NCBI GenBank assembly: GCA_963712105.1
Contig: CAVQGR010000014.1
Coordinates: 39,546 to 103,545, forward strand
DNA length: 64,000 nucleotides
Origin: an uncultured beta proteobacterium
GTDB taxonomy: Bacteria; Pseudomonadota; Gammaproteobacteria; Burkholderiales; Casimicrobiaceae
Direction of reading: 5' to 3'
The notes under the pieces are model-generated. The model worked only from the letters and a program-made list of their open reading frames with translations, searched no databases and was not told the DNA's origin. This document shows positions 12,170-22,385 of the stretch, in pieces. A program made the position numbers and the translations under genes. Position 1 is the first letter of the stretch; every line of letters starts with the position of its first letter.

Positions 12170-15010
12170 ATGGGCGTGATGCAGGAATTGGGAACTACCA
12201 GCACGCTGTTCGGCTCGAACGCGCCGTTCATCGAGGAGCTGTACGAACGCTATCTGGCGGATCGCGACAGCGTTTCGGCGGAGTGGGGCACGTACTTCGA
12301 CCAGTTGCGTGACGGCGCCGCCGATGTTGCGCACGCGCCGGTGATTGCTTCGTTCGTCGAACTCGGCCGCAGTCGCCGTGTCGCCAGCGCGATGGTCGAC
12401 GCGACGACCATGCACAAGCAGGTGCTGGTATTGCGGCTGATTTCCAAGTACCGGACGCTTGGCGTCTACAGCGCCGACCTCGATCCACTGAGTCTGCATG
12501 CGCCGGATTACATCGCCGACCTGGACCTGGCCACCTACGGATTCACCGAGGCCGACATGGATTCGGAGTTCGACGTGGGTTCCTACAGGGCGGGTCCGTC
12601 GCGCATGCGCCTGCGCGACCTGGTGCAGGCGCTGAAGGAAACCTATACCGGCAAGCTGGGCGCCGAGTACATGTACATCAGCGACACCGCCACCAAGCGA
12701 TTTTTCCAGGAACGACTCGAGCCGATCCGCTCACGGCCGGCCTACACGCCGGAACAGCGGCGGCACGTACTGGAGCGGCTGACCGCGGCCGAGACGCTGG
12801 AGCGCTACCTGCACACCAAGTACGTCGGGCAGAAGCGCTTCTCCGGCGAGGGTGGCGAAACCATCATTCCCATGCTCGATCGCCTGATCGAGAGGGCCGG
12901 CGCCGCCGGCGTGCAGGAAATCGTCTTGGGCATGGCGCACCGCAGCCGGCTGAACGTTCTGGTCAACATCCTTGGCAAGATGCCCTCGGACCTGTTCTCC
13001 GAATTCGAAGGCAAGTCGGCGCAGGAGCTGCCCGCAGGCGACGTGAAGTACCACCAGGGTTTCTCCTCGGATGTCTCCACCCCCGGTGGGCCGATCCACC
13101 TGACCCTGGCCTTCAATCCGTCGCATCTGGAAATCGTCAACCCGGTGGTCGAAGGATCGGTACGCGCCCGGCAGAACCGCCGCGCCGACACACGCGGCGA
13201 CCAGGTCCTGCCGATCCTGATCCATGGCGATGCCGCCATCGCCGGGCAGGGTGTGAACCAGGAATGCCTGAACATGGCGCAAACCCGCGGCTACTACACG
13301 GGCGGCACCATCCACATCGTCGTCAACAACCAGATCGGCTTCACCACCTCGGATCGACGCGACGCCCGCGGCACGCCGTTCTGCACCGACATCGCCAAGA
13401 TGATCGAGGCGCCGGTGCTGCACGTCAACGGCGACGATCCCGAGGTCGCGTTGCTCGCGGTCGAACTGGCGCTGGAGTACCGGCAGCGCTTTCACAAGGA
13501 CGTGTTCATCGATCTGATCTGTTTTCGCCGGCTCGGGCACAACGAGGCTGACGAACCGCAACTGACCCAGCCGCTGATGTACAGGCGCATTGCCCAGCAC
13601 CATGGCGCGCGCCGGCTGTATGCCGAGCGGCTCGAATCCGACGGCGTGGTCACCGCCGACGAGGCCGAAGGCATGGTCGGCGCCTATCGCGCCGCCATGG
13701 ACCGCGGGCAGCACACCAACAGCACCATCCTGTCCAATTACAAGACACCGTTCACCATCGACTGGACGCCGTACCTGGGCGGACACTGGACCGACCCGGT
13801 CGATACGCGCGTTCCGGCCAAGGACATCAATGCGCTGGCAGTACGGCTGACCACGGTGCCCGACGGGTTTCGACTGCACGCGCGCGCCGAGAAGGTGATC
13901 GCCGACCGTCGCCTGATGGGCGAGGGCAAGCTGCCGATCGACTGGGGCATGGGCGAAACGCTGGGCTATGCGTCGCTGCTGATGGATGGTTACGGCGTGC
14001 GGCTGTCCGGCGAGGATATCGGACGCGGCACGTTCTCGCACCGGCACGCCGTGTTGCACGATCAGGATCGTGAACGCTGGGATACCGGCGCCTACACGCC
14101 GCTGCAGCACATCGCACCCGGGCAACCGGCCTGCGAGATCATCGACTCGGTACTGACCGAGCAGGCGATCGTGGCCTTCGAATACGGCTACTCGACGTCC
14201 GACCCGACCCGCCTCGTGGTCTGGGAGGCGCAGTTCGGCGATTTCGCCAACGGCGCACAGGTGGTGATCGACCAGTTCATCAGCGCGGGTCAGGTGAAGT
14301 GGGGACGCATCAGCGGGCTGGTCCTGCTGCTGCCACATGGCTACGAGGGCCAGGGTCCCGAACATTCGTCGGCGCGCCCGGAACGCTTCCTGCAGCAGTG
14401 TGCGCAGCACAACATGCAGGTCCTGGTGCCGTCGACGCCGGCGCAGGTGTTTCACATGCTGCGCCGGCAGATGCTGCGCAAGTACCGCAAGCCGTTGATC
14501 GTGATGAGCCCGAAGAGCCTGTTGCGGCACAAGGAAGCGGTTTCCTCGATCGACGATTTTTCCAAGCGCGGTTTTCAGACAGTGATCGGCGAAGTCGCGA
14601 AAATGGACGCCAGGAAGATTAAGCGGGTGCTGGCGTGCTCGGGAAAGGTCTACTACGAGCTCGCGGCCTACCGGCGCGACCACGGCATCGACAGCGTTGC
14701 GATCGTTCGCCTGGAGCAGCAGTATCCGTTCCCGCACGAAGATTTTCGGCGCGAGGTGGCGAAATTCGCCAACGCGAAGGAAGTCGTATGGGTGCAGGAG
14801 GAGCCGCAGAACAAGGGCGCGTGGTATCGGTTGCGCTCATATTTCAGCCGCGACATCCTGCCCAGGCAGGTCCTGGCCTACGCCGGACGCGCCGTCTCGG
14901 CATCGCCCGCGGTCGGCTATGCCGCCAAGCACCACGCTGAGCAGAAGCAGCTGATCGAGGAGGCATTTGCGCCGAAACTATCCAGCGGTGAAATGCTCGT
15001 CGCCCCCTGA
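12170..15010 (+). CDS. sucA: 2-oxoglutarate dehydrogenase E1 component
   Basis: A 946-aa protein with N-terminal FGSNAPFIEELYERYL. It shows full-length E1o architecture and sits in the order gltA-sucA-sucB-lpdA. Confidence 0.96.
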   Translation: MGVMQELGTTSTLFGSNAPFIEELYERYLADRDSVSAEWGTYFDQLRDGAADVAHAPVIASFVELGRSRRVASAMVDATTMHKQVLVLRLISKYRTLGVYSADLDPLSLHAPDYIADLDLATYGFTEADMDSEFDVGSYRAGPSRMRLRDLVQALKETYTGKLGAEYMYISDTATKRFFQERLEPIRSRPAYTPEQRRHVLERLTAAETLERYLHTKYVGQKRFSGEGGETIIPMLDRLIERAGAAGVQEIVLGMAHRSRLNVLVNILGKMPSDLFSEFEGKSAQELPAGDVKYHQGFSSDVSTPGGPIHLTLAFNPSHLEIVNPVVEGSVRARQNRRADTRGDQVLPILIHGDAAIAGQGVNQECLNMAQTRGYYTGGTIHIVVNNQIGFTTSDRRDARGTPFCTDIAKMIEAPVLHVNGDDPEVALLAVELALEYRQRFHKDVFIDLICFRRLGHNEADEPQLTQPLMYRRIAQHHGARRLYAERLESDGVVTADEAEGMVGAYRAAMDRGQHTNSTILSNYKTPFTIDWTPYLGGHWTDPVDTRVPAKDINALAVRLTTVPDGFRLHARAEKVIADRRLMGEGKLPIDWGMGETLGYASLLMDGYGVRLSGEDIGRGTFSHRHAVLHDQDRERWDTGAYTPLQHIAPGQPACEIIDSVLTEQAIVAFEYGYSTSDPTRLVVWEAQFGDFANGAQVVIDQFISAGQVKWGRISGLVLLLPHGYEGQGPEHSSARPERFLQQCAQHNMQVLVPSTPAQVFHMLRRQMLRKYRKPLIVMSPKSLLRHKEAVSSIDDFSKRGFQTVIGEVAKMDARKIKRVLACSGKVYYELAAYRRDHGIDSVAIVRLEQQYPFPHEDFRREVAKFANAKEVVWVQEEPQNKGAWYRLRSYFSRDILPRQVLAYAGRAVSASPAVGYAAKHHAEQKQLIEEAFAPKLSSGEMLVAP

Positions 15011-15083
15011 TCGACCGGCGGATCCTTGCGGCGCGGTTCGGCTGCAACGCGTCGCCGCATTCCCGTAACAGCCAGAGTCCAAC

Positions 15084-16343
15084 ATGCGCATCGAAGTGAA
15101 AGTCCCGCAGTTGCCCGAGTCGGTCACCGAAGCGACCCTGGTCAGCTGGCACAGGAAGGCCGGCGACGCGGTCCGCCGCGACGAAAACCTGATCGACCTG
15201 GAGACCGACAAGGTGGTGCTGGAATTGCCGGCGCCCGCCGATGGCGTCATCGTCGAACTGGTGCAGCAGAACGGTGCCACGGTTGTTTCGAACGACGTGA
15301 TCGCGATCATCGATACCGAAGCCAAGGGTGCCGCGGCGGCGTCTGCGCAGGCGGACGCGAAGCCCGCTGCGGCCCCGGCGCCGGAGAAGGCCGCGACGGA
15401 TGCCGCCGGCCAGCGGCCTGCCGCCGCCGCGAAACAGGGCACGCCGCAGGCGCAGACCGCGCTCCCGGCAGCGCGCAGAATGCTCGCCGAGACGGGCATC
15501 GACCCGGCATCGGTGGCGGGCACCGGGCGGGACGGCCGCCTGACCAAGGGCGATGTGATCGCCGCGGCCGAGGCGCGTGCACCCGCCGCCGCGTCGCCCG
15601 CCGCAGCCCCTGCGCCCGTCGTGGCGCCCCAGACGCAGGGTGCCCGACCCGAACAGCGGGTGCCGATGTCGCGCCTGCGCCAGCGGGTCGCCGAACGCCT
15701 GATTCAGTCGCAGTCGCTGGCGGCGATCCTGACCACGTTCAACGAAGTAAACATGCAGCCGGTGATCGACCTGCGCAACCGTTACAAGGAGCGCTTCGAG
15801 AAGGAGCACGGCGTCAAGCTCGGCTTCATGAGTTTTTTCGTCAAGGCGGCCGTGCACGCGCTGCGGAAATATCCATTGGTCAATGCGTCGATCGACGGCA
15901 GCGACATCGTCTACCACGGCTATTACGACATCGGCATCGCCGTGGGCAGCCCGCGCGGCCTGGTCGTGCCCATCCTGCGCGATGCCGACCAGATGTCGAT
16001 CGCGGACATCGAGCGTCAGATCGCCGAATACGGCAAGCGTGCCCAGGAGGGCAAGCTCACCATAGAGGAGCTGACCGGCGGCACCTACACGATCAGCAAT
16101 GGCGGGGTTTTCGGATCGATGCTGTCGACACCGATCATCAACCCGCCGCAATCGGCGATTCTGGGCGTGCACGCGACGCGGGACCGCGCGGTGGTCGAGA
16201 ACGGCCAGGTCGTGGTGCGGCCGATCAACTATCTCGCCCAGTCCTACGATCACCGGATCATCGACGGCCGCGAAGCCGTGCTGTCGCTGGTCGCCATCAA
16301 GGAGGCGCTGGAGGATCCGGCACGGCTGCTACTCGACCTGTGA
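15084..16343 (+). CDS. sucB: Dihydrolipoyllysine-residue succinyltransferase (E2o)
   Basis: Lipoyl-lysine motif [13 protein letters not shown], an Ala/Pro-rich linker, and the catalytic [13 protein letters not shown] motif. Confidence 0.96.
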   Translation: MRIEVKVPQLPESVTEATLVSWHRKAGDAVRRDENLIDLETDKVVLELPAPADGVIVELVQQNGATVVSNDVIAIIDTEAKGAAAASAQADAKPAAAPAPEKAATDAAGQRPAAAAKQGTPQAQTALPAARRMLAETGIDPASVAGTGRDGRLTKGDVIAAAEARAPAAASPAAAPAPVVAPQTQGARPEQRVPMSRLRQRVAERLIQSQSLAAILTTFNEVNMQPVIDLRNRYKERFEKEHGVKLGFMSFFVKAAVHALRKYPLVNASIDGSDIVYHGYYDIGIAVGSPRGLVVPILRDADQMSIADIERQIAEYGKRAQEGKLTIEELTGGTYTISNGGVFGSMLSTPIINPPQSAILGVHATRDRAVVENGQVVVRPINYLAQSYDHRIIDGREAVLSLVAIKEALEDPARLLLDL

Positions 16344-16374
16344 AGCGCATGCAACGAACAGGGATCTGTGACTC

Positions 16375-17802
16375 ATGAGTGAAAAATTTGACGTGGTGGT
16401 CATTGGCGCCGGTCCCGGCGGCTACATTGCCGCGATCCGTGCCGCGCAGCTCGGCCTGTCGGTCGCCTGCATCGACGACTGGTCGCGGGCGGACGGCAAG
16501 CCTGCGCCGGGCGGCACCTGCACCAACGTGGGTTGCATTCCGTCCAAGGCGCTGCTGCAATCCTCCGAGCATTACGAGCACGCCGGCCATGCGTTCGCCG
16601 ACCACGGCATCGGCGTCAAGGGGCTGTCTATCGACGTGGCGAAGATGCTCGCGCGCAAGGATCGCGTGGTCGCGCAGAACAACGATGGAATTCTCTACCT
16701 GTTCAAGAAGAACAAGGTGGCCTTCTTCCACGGCAGGGGCAGCCTTGCCGGCCACGCGAGCGGGGCCAATCTGATCGCCGTTCACGGCGACAAGCCGGCG
16801 CAACTCTCGGCCACGCACGTCATTGTTGCCACGGGCTCCCGGCCCCGGCCATTGCCGGGCGTGGCGATCGACAATGTCCGCGTGCTCGACAATGCCGGCG
16901 CGCTGGCGCTCGATGTCGTGCCCGAAACGCTCGGCGTCATCGGCGCCGGAGTGATCGGCCTGGAACTGGGCAGCGTCTGGCGGCGTCTGGGCGCGAAGGT
17001 CACTGTGCTCGAGGCGCTGCCGGCTTTTCTGGGCGTTGTCGACGATGCGGTGGCCAAGGAGGCGGAAAAACTATTTCGCAAGCAGGGTCTGGCGATTCAT
17101 ACCGGCGCCAGGATTACCGGAGTGCGCGCCGGAAAGAAGAACGTCGCGGTCGACTGGAACGATGCCGCCGGCACTGCGCAAAAGAGCGTTTTCGAACGAC
17201 TGATCGTATCCATCGGCCGCGTACCGCATACCGAGGGCCTCGGGGCGGAGGCGGTCGGCCTGGCACTGGACGAGCGCGGCTTCATCGCGGTCGACGACGA
17301 CTGCCGGGCCAACCTGCCCAACGTCTGGGCAGTCGGCGATGTCGTCCGCGGGCCAATGCTGGCGCACAAGGCCGAGGAGGAGGGCGTGGCGGTGGCCGAG
17401 CGTATCGCCGGCCGGCATGGTCATGTGGATTTCAACACGGTGCCGTGGGTCGTCTACACGTCGCCCGAAATTGCCTGGGTCGGCCGGACCGAGCAGCAAC
17501 TGAAGGCCGACGGAGTGGACTATCGCGCCGGCACTTTTCCGTTCATGGCCAACGGGCGCGCGCGCGCGCTGGGCGACACCAATGGCTTTGTGAAGATCCT
17601 GGCCGATCGCCAAAGCGACCGCATCCTCGGCATGCATGTGATCGGTCCCTACGCGTCTGAGTTGATCGCCGAAGGCGTCGTCGCGATGGAATTCGGCGCC
17701 TCGAGCGAGGACCTGGCGAGAATCTGTCATGCGCATCCGACGCTGTCCGAGGCAACCCGCGAAGCCGCACTGGCGGTGGACGGGCGGACGCTTAACCTCT
17801 AG
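16375..17802 (+). CDS. lpdA: Dihydrolipoyl dehydrogenase (E3)
   Basis: VVVIGAGPGGY FAD fold and the redox disulfide GGTCTNVGCIPSKALL. Confidence 0.96.
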   Translation: MSEKFDVVVIGAGPGGYIAAIRAAQLGLSVACIDDWSRADGKPAPGGTCTNVGCIPSKALLQSSEHYEHAGHAFADHGIGVKGLSIDVAKMLARKDRVVAQNNDGILYLFKKNKVAFFHGRGSLAGHASGANLIAVHGDKPAQLSATHVIVATGSRPRPLPGVAIDNVRVLDNAGALALDVVPETLGVIGAGVIGLELGSVWRRLGAKVTVLEALPAFLGVVDDAVAKEAEKLFRKQGLAIHTGARITGVRAGKKNVAVDWNDAAGTAQKSVFERLIVSIGRVPHTEGLGAEAVGLALDERGFIAVDDDCRANLPNVWAVGDVVRGPMLAHKAEEEGVAVAERIAGRHGHVDFNTVPWVVYTSPEIAWVGRTEQQLKADGVDYRAGTFPFMANGRARALGDTNGFVKILADRQSDRILGMHVIGPYASELIAEGVVAMEFGASSEDLARICHAHPTLSEATREAALAVDGRTLNL

Positions 17803-17935
17803 CATTGGCGGCATGGGGAACCCTGCGGACCGGCGCCGGGAAGATGGATAACCGGAGGAACATGGCAGTGGCAGGGATCAATATCGCAATGGCATCCTTC
17901 AGGCGGACGGCGGGCTGCGCCGCCGCACGTCGGGC

Positions 17936-19087
17936 ATGACCGGGGCCCTCGCCCCGGAACGAATCGCGCGCCGAAAGGGTGCGCTCCTCGATTACCTTGA
18001 TCCGCTTCTCGCGCAGCGCGGATCGGCGCTGGATGCTGCACAGGTCGACGCGCTTGATCGTCTGCAACGGCTCTCCGACGAACTCATGGCGTTTCGCACG
18101 GTCAGGCAATCAACGCTGAAGCGCCTGTTCACGCCACCGCCGGTCCCCCGCGGCATCTATCTCTGGGGCGGCGTCGGCCGGGGCAAGAGCCTGCTGATGG
18201 ACAGTTTTTTCGCGACCGTTCCGATCAGGCGCAAGACCCGCGTGCACTTTCACGCCTTCATGCGCAGCGTCCACGAGGAGCTGAAGACGCTGAAAAGCGA
18301 GGCCGATCCGCTGGTGGCTGTCGGCGCGCGCATCGCTCGCCGTTGGCGGCTGGTCTGCTTCGACGAGTTTCACGTCTCCGATATCGCCGACGCGATGATT
18401 CTCGGTCGACTGCTGACCGTGCTGTTCGCCCAGGGCGTGGTATTCGTGATGACGTCGAACTACCCGCCCGGCGGCCTCTACCCGAACGGCCTGCAGCGCG
18501 AGAGTTTCCTGCCGGCGATTCGCCGGATCGAGGAATGGATGGATGTCGTCGAGGTTGACGGCGGCATCGACTACCGGCTGCGCGCACTCGAGCAGCTCGA
18601 CGTCTTCATCGTGCCGGCCGATGCGGAATCGGAGGCGCGCATGGCGGCGGCGTTCGAGAAGGTGCGCGGAGGACCCGACGAGGACACGCGGATGGTCGTT
18701 GACGGGCGGACGCTGACCGCGCGGCGACGTGCCGGCAGCGCGGTCTGGTTCGATTTCAACGCGTTGTGCGACGGCCCGCGTTCGCAGCGGGACTACCTCG
18801 AACTCGCGCAGCGATTCGCGGTAATGTTCATTTCCGGCATTCCGGCACTCACCGCGCAACAGGGCGACATGGCGCGCCGCTTCACCTGGCTCATCGACAT
18901 CCTGTACGACCATCGTGTCAAGCTCGTGGCGTCGGCTGCGGCGCCGGTGGAAGGTCTCTACGTCGCCGGGCCCAACGTGCGGGAATTCCCGCGGACCATC
19001 AGCCGCCTGGTCGAAATGCGCACTCACGACTATATGGCGGGCGCGCACATCGCTCGTGCGCCCGCCGCCGAACCCGTACCAGCCTGA
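17936..19087 (+). CDS. zapE: AFG1/ZapE-family ATPase
   Basis: Walker A motif GIYLWGGVGRGKSLLMD and Walker B motif LVCFDEFHV. Its position after lpdA is commonly conserved. Confidence 0.85.
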   Translation: MTGALAPERIARRKGALLDYLDPLLAQRGSALDAAQVDALDRLQRLSDELMAFRTVRQSTLKRLFTPPPVPRGIYLWGGVGRGKSLLMDSFFATVPIRRKTRVHFHAFMRSVHEELKTLKSEADPLVAVGARIARRWRLVCFDEFHVSDIADAMILGRLLTVLFAQGVVFVMTSNYPPGGLYPNGLQRESFLPAIRRIEEWMDVVEVDGGIDYRLRALEQLDVFIVPADAESEARMAAAFEKVRGGPDEDTRMVVDGRTLTARRRAGSAVWFDFNALCDGPRSQRDYLELAQRFAVMFISGIPALTAQQGDMARRFTWLIDILYDHRVKLVASAAAPVEGLYVAGPNVREFPRTISRLVEMRTHDYMAGAHIARAPAAEPVPA

Positions 19088-19115
19088 TCGCAGCATTCAC
19101 CACAAGGAGATCAAC

Positions 19116-20123
19116 GTGCAAAAATTCAGGGCCTTTCGGACATTCGAGGAAAACGGCGTCATTGCCAGCCGCTTTGTCGATCTGTCCGTCGACGAGCTCG
19201 ACCCCGGCGAAGTGGTGATCCGGACCAAGTACTCGACGATCAACTTCAAGGACGCGCTGTCGCACAACGGCACGGGCAAGATCATGCGCAAGTACCCGAC
19301 CAACGCCGGCATCGACATGGCGGGCACGGTCGAGACTTCGGTCGATCCGCGGTTCAAGCCTGGCGACAAGGTGATCGTGACCGGATATGACCTCGGCGTC
19401 GCGCATGACGGCGGTTATTCCGAGCACGTGCGCGTTCCGGCGAACTGGGTGGTGCGCAGGCCCGAGAGCATGACCGCGTTCGATGCGATGACGCTTGGCA
19501 CCGCAGGATTCACCGCGGCGCTGGCGATTACCCGGATGGAGCACAATGGCCTGAAGCCTGACGGCGGGCCGGTCGCCGTCACCGGCGCCACCGGCGGGGT
19601 GGGTTCGGTGGCCATTGAGATTCTGGCCAAGTCGGGCTATCACGTGGTCGCAATCACCGGCAAGGCCGAGGAGGCAGACTACCTGAAGGGCATCGGGGCC
19701 AAGGAAGTGGTGCTGCGGTCGTCGCTCGATTTCTCGCGCATCCGCCCGCTGGAGCGCGCGACTTTTGCCGGTGCGATCGACAATCTTGGCGGCGATATCC
19801 TGGCCTGGCTGCTCGCCAATTCAAAGATCGGTGGCACCGTGGCGGCGGTCGGGCTGGCCGCCGACCACAAGCTGCCGACGACGGTGATGCCGTTCATCCT
19901 GCGCGGTGTTGCGCTGTTGGGCGCCGACAGCGCCAACTGCCCGATGCCGAGCCGGCAGCGGATCTGGAACAAGCTGGCGAACGAATGGCGTCCCGACCGC
20001 GTGCACGATCAGGTGCGCACCATCGACTTCGACGAATTGCCGACGCATTTCGATGCCTACCTGAAGGGGCTGGTGCGTGGTCGCACGGTGGTGCGCATCG
20101 CCCCGGACTCGCATGGCGGCTGA
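19116..20123 (+). CDS. acuI: YhdH/AcuI-family NADPH-dependent acrylyl-CoA reductase (MDR superfamily)
   Basis: The GTG start at 19116 lies 6 nt after AAGGAG. The sequence reads MQKFRAFRTFEENGVIASRFVDLSVDELDPGEVVIRTKYSTINFKDAL...VTGATGGVGS, which matches the YhdH/AcuI pattern. I trimmed track ORF 18915..20123. Confidence 0.8.
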   Translation: MQKFRAFRTFEENGVIASRFVDLSVDELDPGEVVIRTKYSTINFKDALSHNGTGKIMRKYPTNAGIDMAGTVETSVDPRFKPGDKVIVTGYDLGVAHDGGYSEHVRVPANWVVRRPESMTAFDAMTLGTAGFTAALAITRMEHNGLKPDGGPVAVTGATGGVGSVAIEILAKSGYHVVAITGKAEEADYLKGIGAKEVVLRSSLDFSRIRPLERATFAGAIDNLGGDILAWLLANSKIGGTVAAVGLAADHKLPTTVMPFILRGVALLGADSANCPMPSRQRIWNKLANEWRPDRVHDQVRTIDFDELPTHFDAYLKGLVRGRTVVRIAPDSHGG

Positions 20124-20276
20124 GTCGGACGCAACTGAGTCGGCCGCAAGTCGCCCCGCTTGATCGCGCGCAAGGCCTGGCTGCGGCGCCGGGGCTAGGA
20201 TGCCCGATTGCCGCGCAACCGCGAGGTCTGCGCACGCGGGTCGAAAGTCCGAGTCTGAAATCCGGAGGAATACGCC

Positions 20277-22175
20277 ATGCCCAGCTCCCGTGATGTCCAT
20301 CGTCGCTCCCTGGCCGACCGCGATGCCTTTTGGCGCGAGCGCGCGGCGCTGATCGACTGGAAAGCGCCGTTCGACACGGTACTCGACTATTCCCGGCCGC
20401 CGTTCGCGCGCTGGTTCGTCGGCGGGACGACCAATCTGTGCCACAACGCGGTGGATCGGCATCTCGAAAAGCGGGCCGACCAGCCGGCGTTGATCTTCCT
20501 GTCGTCGGAAACCGGCGCCGACGCCACGTATACGTATCGGGAACTCCATGCCGAGGTGAACCGCTGCGCCGCCATGCTGGTCGAGCTCGGCGTCGGCCGT
20601 GGCGACCGCGTGCTGCTGTACATGCCGATGATCCCCGAGGCGGTGTTCGCGATGCTCGCCTGCGCCCGTATCGGCGCCGTGCATTCGGTAGTGTTCGGCG
20701 GGTTCGCCGCCGGGAGTCTCGCCACCCGCATCGACGACGCCAGTCCGAAGGTGATGATGACCGCCGATGCCGGCATGCGCGGCGGCAAGGCCGTGCCCTA
20801 TAAGCACCTGGTCGATGAGGCCTGCCGCCTCGCCAAGCGTCCGCCCAAGCACGTGGTGATCGTCAACCGCGGTCTCGTCCCGGCGCTGACGCGGGTGGCT
20901 GGCCGCGACCTCGACTATGCCGAGTTGCGCGAACGGCACATGGGCGCGAGCGTCCCCTGCACCTGGCTCGAATCCAGCGAACCGTCGTACATCCTGTACA
21001 CGTCCGGCACCACCGGCAAGCCCAAGGGCGTGCAGCGCGACACCGGTGGTTACGCGGTCGCGCTGGCTGCGTCGATGCGCGATATCTTCTGCGTGGCACC
21101 GGGCGAGCCGATGTTCACCACCAGCGACATTGGCTGGGTCGTCGGTCATTCGTACATCGTCTACGGCCCGCTGCTCAACGGCTCGGCGACCATCATGTAC
21201 GAGGGCCTGCCGATCCGGCCCGATCCGGCGATCTGGTGGAAGATCGTCGCCGAGCACGGTGTGAAGACGATGTTCAGTTCGCCGACAGCGATCCGCGTAC
21301 TCAAGAAGCAGGATCCGGCGTTCATGAAGCAGCACGACGTGTCAGGACTCAAGTACCTGTTTCTCGCCGGCGAGCCGCTGGACGAGCCGACGGCACGCTG
21401 GGTGTCCGATGCGTTGTCCGGAGTCGCCATCGTCGACAATTACTGGCAAACGGAGACCGGCTGGCCGATCCTGTCGGCGCAACCGGGAATCGAGGAGACG
21501 CCGCGTAAGTTCGGCAGCCCGTCCTTCCCGGTCTATGGCTACGACGTGCATCTGCTCGACGAGAACACCGGCGAGGACGTCGGCGCCGGGCAGAAGGGGG
21601 TGTTGGCGATCATGCCCCCGCTGCCGCCAGGATGCATGAGCACGATCTGGGGCGACGACCAGCGCTTTGTCGAGACCTATTTTTCCACGATACCCGGCAA
21701 ACTGGCTTATTCGACCTTCGACTGGGCCACGCGCGATGCCGATGGCTATTATTTTGTGCTCGGACGTACCGACGACGTGATCAACGTCGCCGGCCATCGG
21801 CTCGGCACCAGAGAAATCGAGGAGGCGGTGCAGGCGCACGCGGGCATCGCCGAAGTGGCCGTGGTTGGCGTCGCCGATGCGCTGAAGGGGCAGGTGCCGG
21901 TGGCCTTCGCGGTGGTCAAGGACCCGGCCCGCGTGGCCACACCCGACGCCGAGAAGGCGATGCGCAAGGAGGTCATGGACACCGTCGACCGTGAACTCGG
22001 TGCGATTGCGCGACCCGGCGCCGTCCATTTCGTCGGCGTGCTGCCCAAGACGCGTTCCGGCAAACTTCTGCGCCGCTCGCTGCAGGCGCTGGCCGAGGGG
22101 CGCGACCCCGGCGATCTGACGACGATCGAGGATCCCGCCGCGCTCGAGCAGATCCGCGTCGCACTCGCGAAATAG
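20277..22175 (+). CDS. prpE: Propionate--CoA ligase / acyl-CoA synthetase (PrpE-like)
   Basis: AMP-binding motif YTSGTTGKPKGV. The N-terminus FWRERAALIDWKAPFDTVLD..FARWFVGGTTNLCHNAVDRHL is typical of PrpE/Acs. A GGAGG ribosome-binding site is present. Confidence 0.85.
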   Translation: MPSSRDVHRRSLADRDAFWRERAALIDWKAPFDTVLDYSRPPFARWFVGGTTNLCHNAVDRHLEKRADQPALIFLSSETGADATYTYRELHAEVNRCAAMLVELGVGRGDRVLLYMPMIPEAVFAMLACARIGAVHSVVFGGFAAGSLATRIDDASPKVMMTADAGMRGGKAVPYKHLVDEACRLAKRPPKHVVIVNRGLVPALTRVAGRDLDYAELRERHMGASVPCTWLESSEPSYILYTSGTTGKPKGVQRDTGGYAVALAASMRDIFCVAPGEPMFTTSDIGWVVGHSYIVYGPLLNGSATIMYEGLPIRPDPAIWWKIVAEHGVKTMFSSPTAIRVLKKQDPAFMKQHDVSGLKYLFLAGEPLDEPTARWVSDALSGVAIVDNYWQTETGWPILSAQPGIEETPRKFGSPSFPVYGYDVHLLDENTGEDVGAGQKGVLAIMPPLPPGCMSTIWGDDQRFVETYFSTIPGKLAYSTFDWATRDADGYYFVLGRTDDVINVAGHRLGTREIEEAVQAHAGIAEVAVVGVADALKGQVPVAFAVVKDPARVATPDAEKAMRKEVMDTVDRELGAIARPGAVHFVGVLPKTRSGKLLRRSLQALAEGRDPGDLTTIEDPAALEQIRVALAK

Positions 22176-22250
22176 CCATCGGCGCGGCCTGGGGCGCACC
22201 GTCCGTCTGCGCCGCGCCGGCGCAATGATGCCCTTGCCCGCGGCGAGGCA

Positions 22251-22266
22251 TGGCACCATACTTGCG
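22251..22266 (+). promoter_or_regulatory. Sigma-54 (-24/-12) promoter upstream of amt
   Basis: TGGCAC-CATAC-TTGCG matches the TGGCAC-N5-TTGC consensus with correct GG-N10-GC spacing. It lies about 120 nt upstream of the amt ATG, in a 210-bp intergenic region. Confidence 0.6.
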
Positions 22267-22385
22267 CGCCGTTTGCATACGCCGCGCGCCGGCGCGCCGG
22301 TTGCTCGCCGGCGCCAGGGAAGCCGAAGGCGATCGTCGCGCCGTGCTTCGGCCAGTTACCGCAATTCGATGTTCAGGGGGATTCC

